Shown here piece after piece: positions 35,686-45,294 of a stretch of DNA of 51,545 nt. The position numbers and the translations under genes are program-made. Position 1 is the first letter of the stretch; each line of letters begins with the position of its first letter. The notes beneath the pieces were generated by a model, which searched no databases, was not told the DNA's origin, and worked only from the letters and a program-made list of their open reading frames with translations. Location: the NCBI GenBank assembly GCA_040005235.1, contig JBDTZG010000040.1, positions 1 through 51,545 on the forward strand. Direction: 5' to 3'. Source of the DNA: Acidobacteriota bacterium. GTDB taxonomy: Bacteria > Acidobacteriota > Thermoanaerobaculia > Multivoradales > UBA5704.

Positions 35686-37404
35686 ATGAGATACGTGCTC
35701 GCCGCTGCGCTCTTCTCCACCGCTCTGCCCCTGGTGGCCGAGGCTGCCGCCCCTCTGTTCGTCGACCGGGCCGCAGACCAGGGGCTCGTGTTCACCTACC
35801 GGACGGGCCAATCGGGCGAGCTCTATATGCCGGAGATCATGGGCGGCGGGGCGGCGCTGTTCGATTTCGACGGCGACGGAGATCTCGACGTCTTCGTCGT
35901 GCAGGGGCACGCGCTCAAGCCAGGCGCGCCCGATCCCGGCCCGGCGGGTTGGGGCCGGTTGTTCCGCAACGACCTGATCACGCCGAAGGGGAATGGCGCC
36001 CTCCCCCGCTTCGTCGACGTGACCGAGGCGAGCGGCATCCGGGCAGGCGGCTACGGCATGGGGGTCGCTACCGCCGACTACGACAACGACGGCCGGATCG
36101 ATCTCTACCTCGCGAACTTTGGACCGAACCAGCTCTGGCATAACAACGGCGACGGCACTTTCACCGACGTCACCGCCAGAGCAGGGGTGGACGATCCGCG
36201 CTGGAGCACCGGCGCCACGGTCGGCGATTTCGACCGCGACGGCCGGCTCGATCTCTTCGTCTTGAGCTACGTCGATTTCACCCTGGCGCACAATACCGTC
36301 TGCTATTCCCCCAGCAGCCGGCGGGACTTCTGCGGCCCCTCGGCGTTTCCTCCGGTGACCAGCCGGCTGTTCCGCAACCGCGGCGACGGCACGTTCGAGG
36401 ACGTGTCGCTGCCGTCGGGCATCGGCCGGAAGGCGGGGCCGGGACTCGGCGTGGTGGCGGGCGACCTGAACGGCGACGGCCGCCTCGACCTCTTCGTCGC
36501 AAACGACGGCGCCGACAGTTTTCTCTGGAGCAACCAGGGCGACTTCAAGTTCCGCGAGGAGGGCTTGATCTCCGGCGTGGCGGTCAACGCCGCCGGTAGG
36601 CCGGAGGCCGGCATGGGCATCGCGTTGGGCGATGCGGACGGCGACGGCGACGACGACCTGTTCATCACGCATCTCACGACCGAGACGAACACGCTCTACG
36701 AAAACCTTGGCGGCGGCTTCTTCGAAGACGCAACGGCCAAGTCGGGCCTCGGTCCGCCAAGCCTCCCAATGACGGGATTCGGCACCCATTTTCTCGACGT
36801 CGAGAACGACGGCCTGCTCGATCTCGCGGCCTTCAACGGAGCCGTCAACCTGGCCGGTGCGATGCGCCAAGGCGAGGGGCTCGCGCCGTACGCCGAACCG
36901 GACCAGCTGTTCCGCAACCTGGGTTCTGGCAAATTCGCCGACGCGAGCGGCCAAGCCGGCCCGGCGTTTACGACGCCGCGAGTCTCCCGCGGCGCCGCGT
37001 TCAGCGACATCGACAACGACGGCGACACGGACATCCTCGTGGTGGACGCGGACAGTCCCGTGCGCCTGCTGATCAACGAATCCGGCAACAAGAATCTCTG
37101 GCTCGGCCTACGGTTCGTGGGCATCCCCGCGGGATCGAAAGCCGAGCGGGAGTTCCCCGGCACCCGTGTCGAAGTGATGAGAAAAGGCGCGCCTTCGCTC
37201 TGGCGGCGGGCGGCCACCGACGGCAGCTATGAATCCGCGAACGACCCCCGAGTGCTGGTGGGCTTAGGCACCGCTTCGGAGGTGACCGGCATTCGGGTCT
37301 TCTGGCCGGACGGGCTTGTCGAAACGTTTCCGCCGCCGCCACTGCGGACCTATACGACGCTCGTTCGGGGTAGTGGCCAGGCTGTGCCGGAGGTACCGAA
37401 GTGA
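35686..37404 (+). CDS. CRTAC1-family protein (FG-GAP/VCBS repeats plus ASPIC/UnbV domain), secreted
   Basis: Signal peptide, many DxDxDGxxDL motifs, SRGAAFSDIDNDGDTD and GSYES...GLG...V.WPDG. Confidence 0.9.
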   Translation: MRYVLAAALFSTALPLVAEAAAPLFVDRAADQGLVFTYRTGQSGELYMPEIMGGGAALFDFDGDGDLDVFVVQGHALKPGAPDPGPAGWGRLFRNDLITPKGNGALPRFVDVTEASGIRAGGYGMGVATADYDNDGRIDLYLANFGPNQLWHNNGDGTFTDVTARAGVDDPRWSTGATVGDFDRDGRLDLFVLSYVDFTLAHNTVCYSPSSRRDFCGPSAFPPVTSRLFRNRGDGTFEDVSLPSGIGRKAGPGLGVVAGDLNGDGRLDLFVANDGADSFLWSNQGDFKFREEGLISGVAVNAAGRPEAGMGIALGDADGDGDDDLFITHLTTETNTLYENLGGGFFEDATAKSGLGPPSLPMTGFGTHFLDVENDGLLDLAAFNGAVNLAGAMRQGEGLAPYAEPDQLFRNLGSGKFADASGQAGPAFTTPRVSRGAAFSDIDNDGDTDILVVDADSPVRLLINESGNKNLWLGLRFVGIPAGSKAEREFPGTRVEVMRKGAPSLWRRAATDGSYESANDPRVLVGLGTASEVTGIRVFWPDGLVETFPPPPLRTYTTLVRGSGQAVPEVPK

Positions 37405-38957
37405 AAATAACCGCTACGTGGGTGGTGGTTTTGCTGGCAGTTGCGTTTGGCCTGCCGGCCCACGGGTCCGAGGAGGCTCGGGTGCCTACACCGGACCTGT
37501 CAGGCCTGGAACCCGCGGTCGCCGAACAGATCGGCCAGATCCGGAGGGCGTTGACCGACCACCTCGGCAAGGCTGGCGCCGAGCCACGCGAAGTCGCCGC
37601 CGTCTACGGCGATCTGGGGCAGGTCTATCTCGCCTACGGCTGGAACGACGCAGCGGCCGACTGTTTCCGCTTCGCGGCGAAGATTGAAGATCGCAACGTC
37701 AATTGGGCCTACCTCTTGGGAGCTGCCGAACAGGCCGCCGGCCGACTCGAACCGGCCGCCGAGGCTTTCCGGCGCGCCCTCGATCTTTCGCTCGCCGCCG
37801 GGGTCGCCGCCATCCACTTGGGTGAGATCCGGCTTCTAGAAGGGCGCCCGGACGAGGCCGAAGCGGTGTTGAAGCCGGCGCTCGACGTGGCCGCCCTCTC
37901 CCCCGCCGCGCATTCGCTGCTCGGCCAAGCGGCGCTCGCCCGGCGCGACTGGTCCGCGGCGATCGAACATCTGGAAGCTGCCCTCGCCGCCGTGCCCGAC
38001 GCGAACCGCCTTCACCATCCGCTCGCCCTCGCCTATCGCGGAAAAGGCGATCTCGCTAAGGCCGAGGAACATCTCTCCCAGGCGGGCCAGGTGGGTTTGA
38101 AACCGCCCGATCCCCTCCTTGATGCAGTCGCGAGCCTACGAACCGGCGAACGCCTCGCGATGATGAGCGGCCGAACGGCAGCGCGCGCCAGGCGCTACGC
38201 CGACGCCGCCAAGGAGTTTGAGCGCGCGCTCATCGCCCGGCCGGAGAGTGTGGAAGCCCGTGTGAATCTCGGCTCGATGCTCGCGAACTTAGGCGACCGA
38301 GCCGGGGCCGTCGAGCAGCTCCGAGAAGCTCTCAAACGAGATCCCGAAAACGCGACTTCTCACTTCAACCTCGCCTCCCTGCTCGCCCAGAGGAACACGA
38401 GCCCAGAGCGGCAAGAGGCGCTCACGCACGTTGAGGCTTATCTTGCCGCCCATCCCGAGGATGGCGAAGCGCACCGCCTGCGGGCGCAACTGCTGCGCGA
38501 CGCGGGCCGTTTGGAAGACGCCCTGCTGGAGTATGCCCGCGCGATCGAGCTGACGCCGGGCGACGAGACCGCCCGCCTGGGAGAGGCGGAAACGCTCGTG
38601 CGCCTTTCCCGCTATGCCGAGGCAAGAAAAAAGCTCGACGAGGGATTGAATCAGATCCCGGGAAGTGGCCTCTTGAGCCACGCCCTTGCCCGCCTACTTG
38701 CCGCCTGTCCCGACCGCTCCGTGCGCGACGGTAAGAAGGCCTTGGAGTTGGCGGTCGCGGTCTGGAACGCGCGGCAGGCGTCTGCGCATGCCGAGACGCT
38801 GGCCCTGGCGCTCGCAGAGTCGGGCCAATGCGACGAGGCCGCGAAGTGGCAGCAGAAGGCGATCGACTTGGCGAAAAGCGAAAGGCTAGAGAGTCGAATC
38901 GACGGGCTCGCTCGCGGCCTGGCCGCCTACGCGAAAGGGGTGCCCTGTCGGCCGTGA
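37401..38957 (+). CDS. Secreted TPR-repeat protein
   Basis: Signal peptide, multiple TPR units and LARLLAACPD...RDG. GTGA overlap with the upstream gene. Confidence 0.85.
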   Translation: MKITATWVVVLLAVAFGLPAHGSEEARVPTPDLSGLEPAVAEQIGQIRRALTDHLGKAGAEPREVAAVYGDLGQVYLAYGWNDAAADCFRFAAKIEDRNVNWAYLLGAAEQAAGRLEPAAEAFRRALDLSLAAGVAAIHLGEIRLLEGRPDEAEAVLKPALDVAALSPAAHSLLGQAALARRDWSAAIEHLEAALAAVPDANRLHHPLALAYRGKGDLAKAEEHLSQAGQVGLKPPDPLLDAVASLRTGERLAMMSGRTAARARRYADAAKEFERALIARPESVEARVNLGSMLANLGDRAGAVEQLREALKRDPENATSHFNLASLLAQRNTSPERQEALTHVEAYLAAHPEDGEAHRLRAQLLRDAGRLEDALLEYARAIELTPGDETARLGEAETLVRLSRYAEARKKLDEGLNQIPGSGLLSHALARLLAACPDRSVRDGKKALELAVAVWNARQASAHAETLALALAESGQCDEAAKWQQKAIDLAKSERLESRIDGLARGLAAYAKGVPCRP

Positions 38958-38960
38958 TTT

Positions 38961-40649
38961 TTATCGACCGACGTTCCCCTTCGTCTCATCGATCACGATC
39001 TCGCGGTTCATGGCCACATCCGTGAGCTTCTGCTTCGTACCGCTTGGCCAGGTCAGCTCGATGCTCTTCACCTTCACGTCGTTCCCCAGCCCAAACGTGA
39101 GCGCCAGCTCGCTCTGCGAGCAGTAGGACGAGCCGCTGTGGACCGTCTGCCATTGGGTACCCGAAGCGGTCGTGACTTTGACCACCGTGCCGATGCCGTC
39201 GCGGTTGGAGCGTGTGCCGACGGTCCGGACTCGGAGCCAGTGGTTCTTCGCTCCGCCGTCGTTCTTAAACAGGTAAGCCGGGCCGGCGTTGGTCGAGATC
39301 GCGACGTCGAGATCGCCGTCGTGGTCGAAGTCGCCGTAGGCCGCGCCGCGGGCGACGATCGGTCGGTTGAAGTCTTTGCCCATCGATCCACCGACGGGCT
39401 CGAAACGCCCGCTCCCCAGGCTGCGGAACAGGAGCGGCGGCTGGCGGTAGGTGACTTTCGGCTGGACGCGCGCGATCTCTTCTTCGATGTGGCCGTTGGC
39501 GGCGAAGATGTCGGACAGGCCGTCGAGGTCGAAGTCGAAGAAGAAGACTCCAAAGGTGAGCGTGAGCAGGCTCGCCCGGCCGACTGCCGAGGCGGGGGCC
39601 TGGTCGATGAATAGACCGTTTCCTTCGTTGTGGTAGAGCGAGAGCATCTCGTTCGAGAAGTTGCCGACCAGCAGATGCGGGCGGCCGGAGCGGTCGTAGT
39701 CGGCGGCATCCACCCCCATCGCGCCGCGCGCGGTTCCGTCTTCGGCGAAGGCGACTCCGGCTTCGAGCCCTTGATCGACGAAGGTTCCGTTGCCCCGGTT
39801 CTTGTAGAGCTTGTTCGGCTGGGTGTCGTTCGCGACGAACAGGTCGCTCCAACCGTCGCCGTCGAAATCGAGCACCGCGACGCCGAGCGCTTTGCTGTTC
39901 GGATCGGCGATCCCCGCTTTGGCGCTCGCGTCTTCGAATTTGCCGCCACCCAAGTTGTGGAACAGCTTCGAAGCACTTCCCTTGTACGACTCCGGGGTGC
40001 AGTATGACTTGCTCGTGCCGTCGAGCGAGCAGCGGAGATCTTTCTCCGCCGTCCATTGAACGTAGTTGGCGACGAACAGGTCGAGCTTGCCGTCCTTGTC
40101 GTAGTCGAGCCAGGCGGAGCTGGTGCCGAAAGTCGCGTTCTTGATGCCGCTTCCTGCCGTCGCGTTTTTAAATTTGCCGCCGCCTTCGTTGTGGAACAGC
40201 CGGTCGCCTTCGAGCGCGGTGACGTACAGATCGTCGCGACCGTCATTGTCGTAGTCCCCAGCCGAAACCCCCATGCCGTACAGCTCGATATCGAGCCCGC
40301 TCCCCTTCGTCGCGTCGCGAAACGTGCCGTCCTTCCGGTTGAGATAGAGCGCTGGAAGGGCAGGCTTGCCGCCTTTGCCTTTCGTCCACTTGCGACCGTT
40401 GGCGAAATAGAGGTCGAGCCAGCCATCGCCGTCCGCGTCGAAGAACGCGACGCCAGCGCCGAGCGTCTCGGGCAGGTACTTCTTCCCCATCCTGCCGCTC
40501 TCATGGACGAAACGGATTCCCGCGGTGGCGGTGACGTCGGTGAAGCGGACGCCCGGCGCTGGCTGCGACGGTGAGGCCTTCGGTTTGATGCCTTGCGCCG
40601 CAAGGATCGACGCGACGAGGGCCATGGACGCGAAAACTAGACGCTTCAT
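38961..40649 (-). CDS. CRTAC1-family protein (FG-GAP plus ASPIC/UnbV), second copy
   Basis: Signal peptide, DxDxDG repeats, ARGAAYGDFDHDGDLD, SNRDGIG, SSYCSQS and FGLG. Start at 40649 or 40658. Confidence 0.9.
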   Translation of the reverse strand: MKRLVFASMALVASILAAQGIKPKASPSQPAPGVRFTDVTATAGIRFVHESGRMGKKYLPETLGAGVAFFDADGDGWLDLYFANGRKWTKGKGGKPALPALYLNRKDGTFRDATKGSGLDIELYGMGVSAGDYDNDGRDDLYVTALEGDRLFHNEGGGKFKNATAGSGIKNATFGTSSAWLDYDKDGKLDLFVANYVQWTAEKDLRCSLDGTSKSYCTPESYKGSASKLFHNLGGGKFEDASAKAGIADPNSKALGVAVLDFDGDGWSDLFVANDTQPNKLYKNRGNGTFVDQGLEAGVAFAEDGTARGAMGVDAADYDRSGRPHLLVGNFSNEMLSLYHNEGNGLFIDQAPASAVGRASLLTLTFGVFFFDFDLDGLSDIFAANGHIEEEIARVQPKVTYRQPPLLFRSLGSGRFEPVGGSMGKDFNRPIVARGAAYGDFDHDGDLDVAISTNAGPAYLFKNDGGAKNHWLRVRTVGTRSNRDGIGTVVKVTTASGTQWQTVHSGSSYCSQSELALTFGLGNDVKVKSIELTWPSGTKQKLTDVAMNREIVIDETKGNVGR

Positions 40650-40654
40650 CCTCG

Positions 40655-43510
40655 TCACCCTCCCGTCGCCATGGCGATCGGCGTCCGGGAAGACGGCGTC
40701 GGCAACGGCGCGCTCTCGTGTTCGTGAATCGTTTGCCGCTCGTTGTTGTCCTCGGGCGAAAGGCGGCGTCTCTTCTCCGTGATCGCCTGCGCCGATTCTT
40801 CGGCCTTGAATCGGCGGAACAGTTGCGCTTCTCTCGCGGCGCGCTCACCCTCGCCCAGGGCGCGGGCGGCGAGCATCGCCGTGTAGTGCATCTGCACGTC
40901 TTCGGGGTCGATCTTCCCTACCTCAGCCAGCACTGCGAGCGCCTCTTTGTGCCGGCGTTCGAGGAACAGGATGCGGGCCAGTTGATTCTGGACCACCCGA
41001 TCGCGCGGGTATTGGGCGACGACGGAGCGCAGCGAAGCCTCGGCTTTCGAATAATCGCCCGCCGCCTTTTCGATCATCGCGCGGAAGAATAGCGCCCGGC
41101 CGAGCTGCGGCTTTACCTTCAAGGCACGCTCGACGAACGGCCGCGCCGCTTCCGTCTCCCCTTCCCGGATCAACGCCCGGGCGACGTTCACCCAACCGTC
41201 GGCGTACTCAGGCTCGATCTGGGTGACGATACGGAACGCCCGTTCCGCGCCTTTCAAGTCGCCTTGGAGCAGCAGGCCGATCCCCCAATCGTTCCACCGC
41301 TCGCGGTCTTCGAGAAGCGGCTTGGCCGCGAATTGCGGCGCCGCGCCCGCGGGGCCAAGGGGGAGAGTCACCTCGTCGCGCGCCAGCTCGGTGATCGGCA
41401 GATCGGGAATGGCGCCTTTGATCTTCCCCGAGACGTTCGCCGGGATGTTCTTCGGATCGAACGAGTAATCGAGCGAGTTGAAGTGGGGCGAGATCAGGTT
41501 CGTCGGCTGCCCCGGTTTCGGCTGCCCGGCGTAGGAAAATTCCGTGTAGTACCGGGAGAACTTACGGTGATTGAGCTTCGCCGTGAGCGTGATCGGCCCC
41601 TTGGCGTCCGCTGGGACGTGGACTCGATAATGCACCGTGTCGGCCGCACCCGGCGGGATCAGGCGCGTGTAGAGGACGCTCCGGGCCTGCCAGGCGTTCC
41701 GCTTGTCGATCGGATTGCCTTCGGCATCGAGCGAGAACGAGCGGTAAAAGTGCGCGCCTTTTTCAACCGCGCCACGCCCGCCGTCTTCCACCCGGCCGCT
41801 CCAAAAGAGCATGCGGCCGGTCGCGTCTTTCGCTTGAAGCTCCAGCCAGACGTCGAACGCGTCGACCGTACCGCCGGGGAAGAAATGGCCGATTCCGCGG
41901 GTGCGCACGACGACGTCCACCCGGATGGTCGAGCCGGGCACGATCCGCGCCCCGGCGGATTCGAGCGGCGCTGAAAACTCGGAGACTTCGCGGAGCGTCG
42001 TTTCTCCCCCGCCCTCCGCCTCTTCGCCGACGGGTAAGGTGGACATCGCCTGCGGCGCTTCGCCGCTTCGGCGCACCATTCCCTCGCCGGAAAGCGGCGC
42101 CGAAGCGGGGGCGATGGCGAACAGATCGACGGTGATGAATCCGGATTGTAGGAACTTGGTGACCGTCTCCAGTTGCTCGGCGTCGTGGTTCACGAACGGC
42201 AGCGCGGTGTTCGCCGCCGGGAAGCGGTGCGAATGAACCTTGCCGTCTCGATTGCCTGGATCGTGCGAATCGATCAGCGGCATATGGCACGAGGCGCAGT
42301 TTTTCGTCTCAGCCGGGTAATAGAACGAGCGCGCGCCCTGGCCCGAGACGCCGCTCGCCTGCCAGTTGTCGTAGTCGTTGAAGCCGCGCACCCAGCGGTA
42401 GCTATTGACCGGAACGTCCAAGTGAACCTTGTGGCAGGAGGCGCAGAACTCGGCCGTATCCTCGCGCATGAACGGCTTCATGAAGGTCCGTCGGTGCGGC
42501 TCGGGATCGAGATAGGTGAGAAACTTGTCGATCCGCCGAATCGTCGGATCCTTGCTGCTTGCCAGCTCATGGAGCGGCGGATACTCGATCGTAAAATCGC
42601 CATTGCCCATCGAGCTGCCGACGTGGACGATCGCGTGGCACGACATGCAGCCGAGCCCGGCGTGCGCCTCCGGCGTATCGATCTGCTCCTTGATCGGCCG
42701 GTCGAAGCGACCGTTGAAGAAGACCGCGTGATCATGGCAGCCGGCGCACCATTTGCTCGGCTTCGTACCCACGACGTCCTGCATGTATTCGATCGACTTG
42801 CGGTAGAACTGGTTGTTGAACGAGCCAAAGCGATGGGCCGAGCTTTGCCACTGGCGGTAGATGTCCACGTGGCACCGGCCGCAGGTGGCGGAATCCATGA
42901 AGAAGTTGGACGGGATGATGCCGCCGACGTTCGTCTGCGCCGAGGAGGGAAAGAACGGCGATTTCGGTCCCCCGCCCTCTTCATCCATGGACGCCGGTAC
43001 GACGGAAGGATTGACGATCCGCAGCGACGGATCGGGATGCAGGCGGCGGAAGATCGCGGCGCCCGCCGGAACGAGGAGCGCCAAAAGCGCCGCGAGCGAG
43101 AGCGCCCGGCGAAATCGAATCTGGCTGGGGAGCCCCGTCGCGAAACTCTTCGAGAGGGCGACGAGCAACGCGAGGACGCCGAGAGAAGCGGTTGCGACGT
43201 GCAGCCAGAGCGCCCAGCGGTTTTCGCGAAGATTGTAGAACTTGACCAGATAGAGCGCGGAAAGAAGCGCCACGAAAAAGAGCGCCGCCGCGGGAGCGAA
43301 CGACCGACGTAATGCCGGCCGGCGCAACAGCAGGAGGGCGCCTAGGCCCACGAAGAGAAGCCCGAGCCCTAGGTGGAGCGCGGCGTTCCCCATGTAGAAG
43401 AGCGACGCTTCGGCGAACGCCGCGACATAGGCGGTGTTGATCAACAGAAGCAGCAGGACGACCGCGGTCGCGAGTCCGAGTCGAGACGTTCTCTCCGTCG
43501 AAGGGTTCAT
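40655..43510 (-). CDS. Membrane-anchored pentaheme c-type cytochrome with C-terminal TPR repeats
   Basis: About 5 N-terminal TM segments, five CxxCH motifs (CGRCH, CAGCH, CMSCH, CASCH, CASCH), WQSSAH, SHRFPAAN, GHFFPGG and C-terminal TPRs. Confidence 0.88.
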   Translation of the reverse strand: MNPSTERTSRLGLATAVVLLLLLINTAYVAAFAEASLFYMGNAALHLGLGLLFVGLGALLLLRRPALRRSFAPAAALFFVALLSALYLVKFYNLRENRWALWLHVATASLGVLALLVALSKSFATGLPSQIRFRRALSLAALLALLVPAGAAIFRRLHPDPSLRIVNPSVVPASMDEEGGGPKSPFFPSSAQTNVGGIIPSNFFMDSATCGRCHVDIYRQWQSSAHRFGSFNNQFYRKSIEYMQDVVGTKPSKWCAGCHDHAVFFNGRFDRPIKEQIDTPEAHAGLGCMSCHAIVHVGSSMGNGDFTIEYPPLHELASSKDPTIRRIDKFLTYLDPEPHRRTFMKPFMREDTAEFCASCHKVHLDVPVNSYRWVRGFNDYDNWQASGVSGQGARSFYYPAETKNCASCHMPLIDSHDPGNRDGKVHSHRFPAANTALPFVNHDAEQLETVTKFLQSGFITVDLFAIAPASAPLSGEGMVRRSGEAPQAMSTLPVGEEAEGGGETTLREVSEFSAPLESAGARIVPGSTIRVDVVVRTRGIGHFFPGGTVDAFDVWLELQAKDATGRMLFWSGRVEDGGRGAVEKGAHFYRSFSLDAEGNPIDKRNAWQARSVLYTRLIPPGAADTVHYRVHVPADAKGPITLTAKLNHRKFSRYYTEFSYAGQPKPGQPTNLISPHFNSLDYSFDPKNIPANVSGKIKGAIPDLPITELARDEVTLPLGPAGAAPQFAAKPLLEDRERWNDWGIGLLLQGDLKGAERAFRIVTQIEPEYADGWVNVARALIREGETEAARPFVERALKVKPQLGRALFFRAMIEKAAGDYSKAEASLRSVVAQYPRDRVVQNQLARILFLERRHKEALAVLAEVGKIDPEDVQMHYTAMLAARALGEGERAAREAQLFRRFKAEESAQAITEKRRRLSPEDNNERQTIHEHESAPLPTPSSRTPIAMATGG

Positions 43511-43650
43511 GGCGATACTCCAGTGCGGAGGGGCTCGATCAGCCGCAGTGCGCGCCTCACGTTGTACGTGCGGCGATAGCTGGGGGCTGAAGATCTCACG
43601 ACTCGCACCGCCCGCGCTACGATGGAGCCGCCATTCCGAGGAGAGCCGCC

Positions 43651-44655
43651 GTGACCGACACCCCCCGCCTGCGCTACGCCGCCGCCGCCTGCCAAGTGGA
43701 CTTTCCCAACCCGCCCGACCGGAGGGGCATCGCGCGCCACGTCGACCGCATGCTCACAATGATCGACCACGCGGTGGGTGGCTATTCGCCGTTCCTTCCC
43801 GTTCGTCTGCTCGCGTTCCCGGAGTTCGCGCACGCGGCGCCGGTTTATCACACCGCCCAGGAGCTGCTCGACAAACTAGCGATCCCGATCCCGAACGAGC
43901 ACACCGATCGCTATGTCGCCAAGGCCAAGGAGTTGGATGTCTACATCCAGACGGGGACCTTCCTGGAGCGCGACGACGCCTACGGACCGGTGGTCTTCAA
44001 CACCACCTGCCTGATCGGTCCGGAGGGAATCCTCGCCAAGTACCGAAAGGTCAACCCGTGGATTCCCTGGGAGGTCCATGCTAGCCCGCACGACATTCCC
44101 GGCTATGCGGAAGAGATGTACCCGGTGGTCGACACGCCGATCGGCCGCTTGGGGGCGGCGATCTGCTACGACTGGCTGTTTCCCGAAACGCTCCGTCAGC
44201 TGACTGCGAACGGGGCCGAGGTGCTGATTCGCGTCTCGGCCTACATGGACCCCTGGGGGGCGACCGCGCCGATGGACTGGTGGACGGTGGTCAACCGCTG
44301 CCGCGCGATCGAAAACGTCGCCTACGTCGTCGCGAGCAATCAGGCTGCGAGCCTGTCGCACTATCCCCCGTTCTCTTGGCCGGGCGGCAGCATGGTGGTC
44401 GATTTCGACGGCCGCCTTCTCGCCCAAGCCGACCCCGGCCCGGGCGAAAAGATCGTGGTGGCGCCGATCGACATCGCCGCCCTACGCCACGAGCGAACGA
44501 CCCGGCGGGGCCATCAGATGCTCGCCCATCTGCGCACGGAGACGTTCTCGATGTACGAGCGGCCGTTCTACCCGGGGGGCCGCGGGCCTGAGAACCTCTC
44601 GATCGAAAAGATCGACGAGGCGATCGTCGAGGCGAAGGACCGGTTGGGGTACTGA
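43651..44655 (+). CDS. Nitrilase-related carbon-nitrogen hydrolase
   Basis: Catalytic triad motifs FPEF, YRK and ICYD; RAIEN. GAGGAG RBS before GTG. Confidence 0.9.
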   Translation: MTDTPRLRYAAAACQVDFPNPPDRRGIARHVDRMLTMIDHAVGGYSPFLPVRLLAFPEFAHAAPVYHTAQELLDKLAIPIPNEHTDRYVAKAKELDVYIQTGTFLERDDAYGPVVFNTTCLIGPEGILAKYRKVNPWIPWEVHASPHDIPGYAEEMYPVVDTPIGRLGAAICYDWLFPETLRQLTANGAEVLIRVSAYMDPWGATAPMDWWTVVNRCRAIENVAYVVASNQAASLSHYPPFSWPGGSMVVDFDGRLLAQADPGPGEKIVVAPIDIAALRHERTTRRGHQMLAHLRTETFSMYERPFYPGGRGPENLSIEKIDEAIVEAKDRLGY

Positions 44656-44760
44656 ACCGGTTGCCGACGAGGCCAACCCGAACTGAAACACCTGCCGCAG
44701 AACGAGCCTTCTCGATTCGCGCCGTTCAGGTCCGTCCGCGCCGGCCAATCGCCTCGGCGG

Positions 44761-44964
44761 CTATTTCTTGATCGCGGAGCCGAGGTCTTTGATCGCTTCG
44801 CCGACTTTGCGGCGAGCTTCTCCGAGTTTCCCTTCGACTACGCCATGGGTTCTCTCGGAGGCGCCTTCGTCTTCGAGGCTGGGATTGGCCGTGGCGACCC
44901 CGACCGCTTCCTTGAGCCGCCCTTTCAACTCGTGGGCTTTGCCCTTCATCTCGTCTTTGTTCAT
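44761..44964 (-). CDS. CsbD-family general stress protein (67 aa)
   Basis: MNKDEMKGKAHELKGRLKEAVG.AT.N..LEDEG. GGAG RBS. Confidence 0.85.
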   Translation of the reverse strand: MNKDEMKGKAHELKGRLKEAVGVATANPSLEDEGASERTHGVVEGKLGEARRKVGEAIKDLGSAIKK

Positions 44965-45068
44965 GGCTTGGGTCTCCGGTGGAGCCGAGAGGATATGTCC
45001 CGTGCTCGATTCGGAGACCTGCAATTCGGCCGCCACTTCCTGCCCTATTCTCGGATGGCCCCTGAACG

Positions 45069-45233
45069 CGAAGAGAGATGTCCGGCCAACCGGTCGTGTG
45101 TTCCAACAGATGGACCAGCCGCACCGGGTCGGTGGCCTCCCAGGGATTCTTGAACCGTCGCCCCCGGAATCTTCGCGTCGCGGAACGACTCGCCGAGCCG
45201 GGCGTCGAGCGCGGCCAAAGGGGACTCCATCAT
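45069..45233 (-). pseudogene. Remnant of a serine hydrolase (beta-lactamase family) gene
   Basis: LAALDARLGESFRDAKIPGAT is joined out of frame to FKNPWEATDPVRLVHLLEHTTGWPD (LLxHxxG motif). The SxxK region is deleted. Confidence 0.6.
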
Positions 45234-45237
45234 AGGG

Positions 45238-45277
45238 CATCCCCCCGGTCTTTCGTGATGAAAGATCCGGGGGGATG
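45238..45277 (-). terminator. Strong stem-loop downstream of the giant gene
   Basis: CATCCCCCCGGTCTTTC-GTGAT-GAAAGATCCGGGGGGATG, a 17-bp stem with one bulge, 17 bp after the stop. Confidence 0.6.
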
Positions 45278-45294
45278 GCGGCCGTCGGCGGCCG

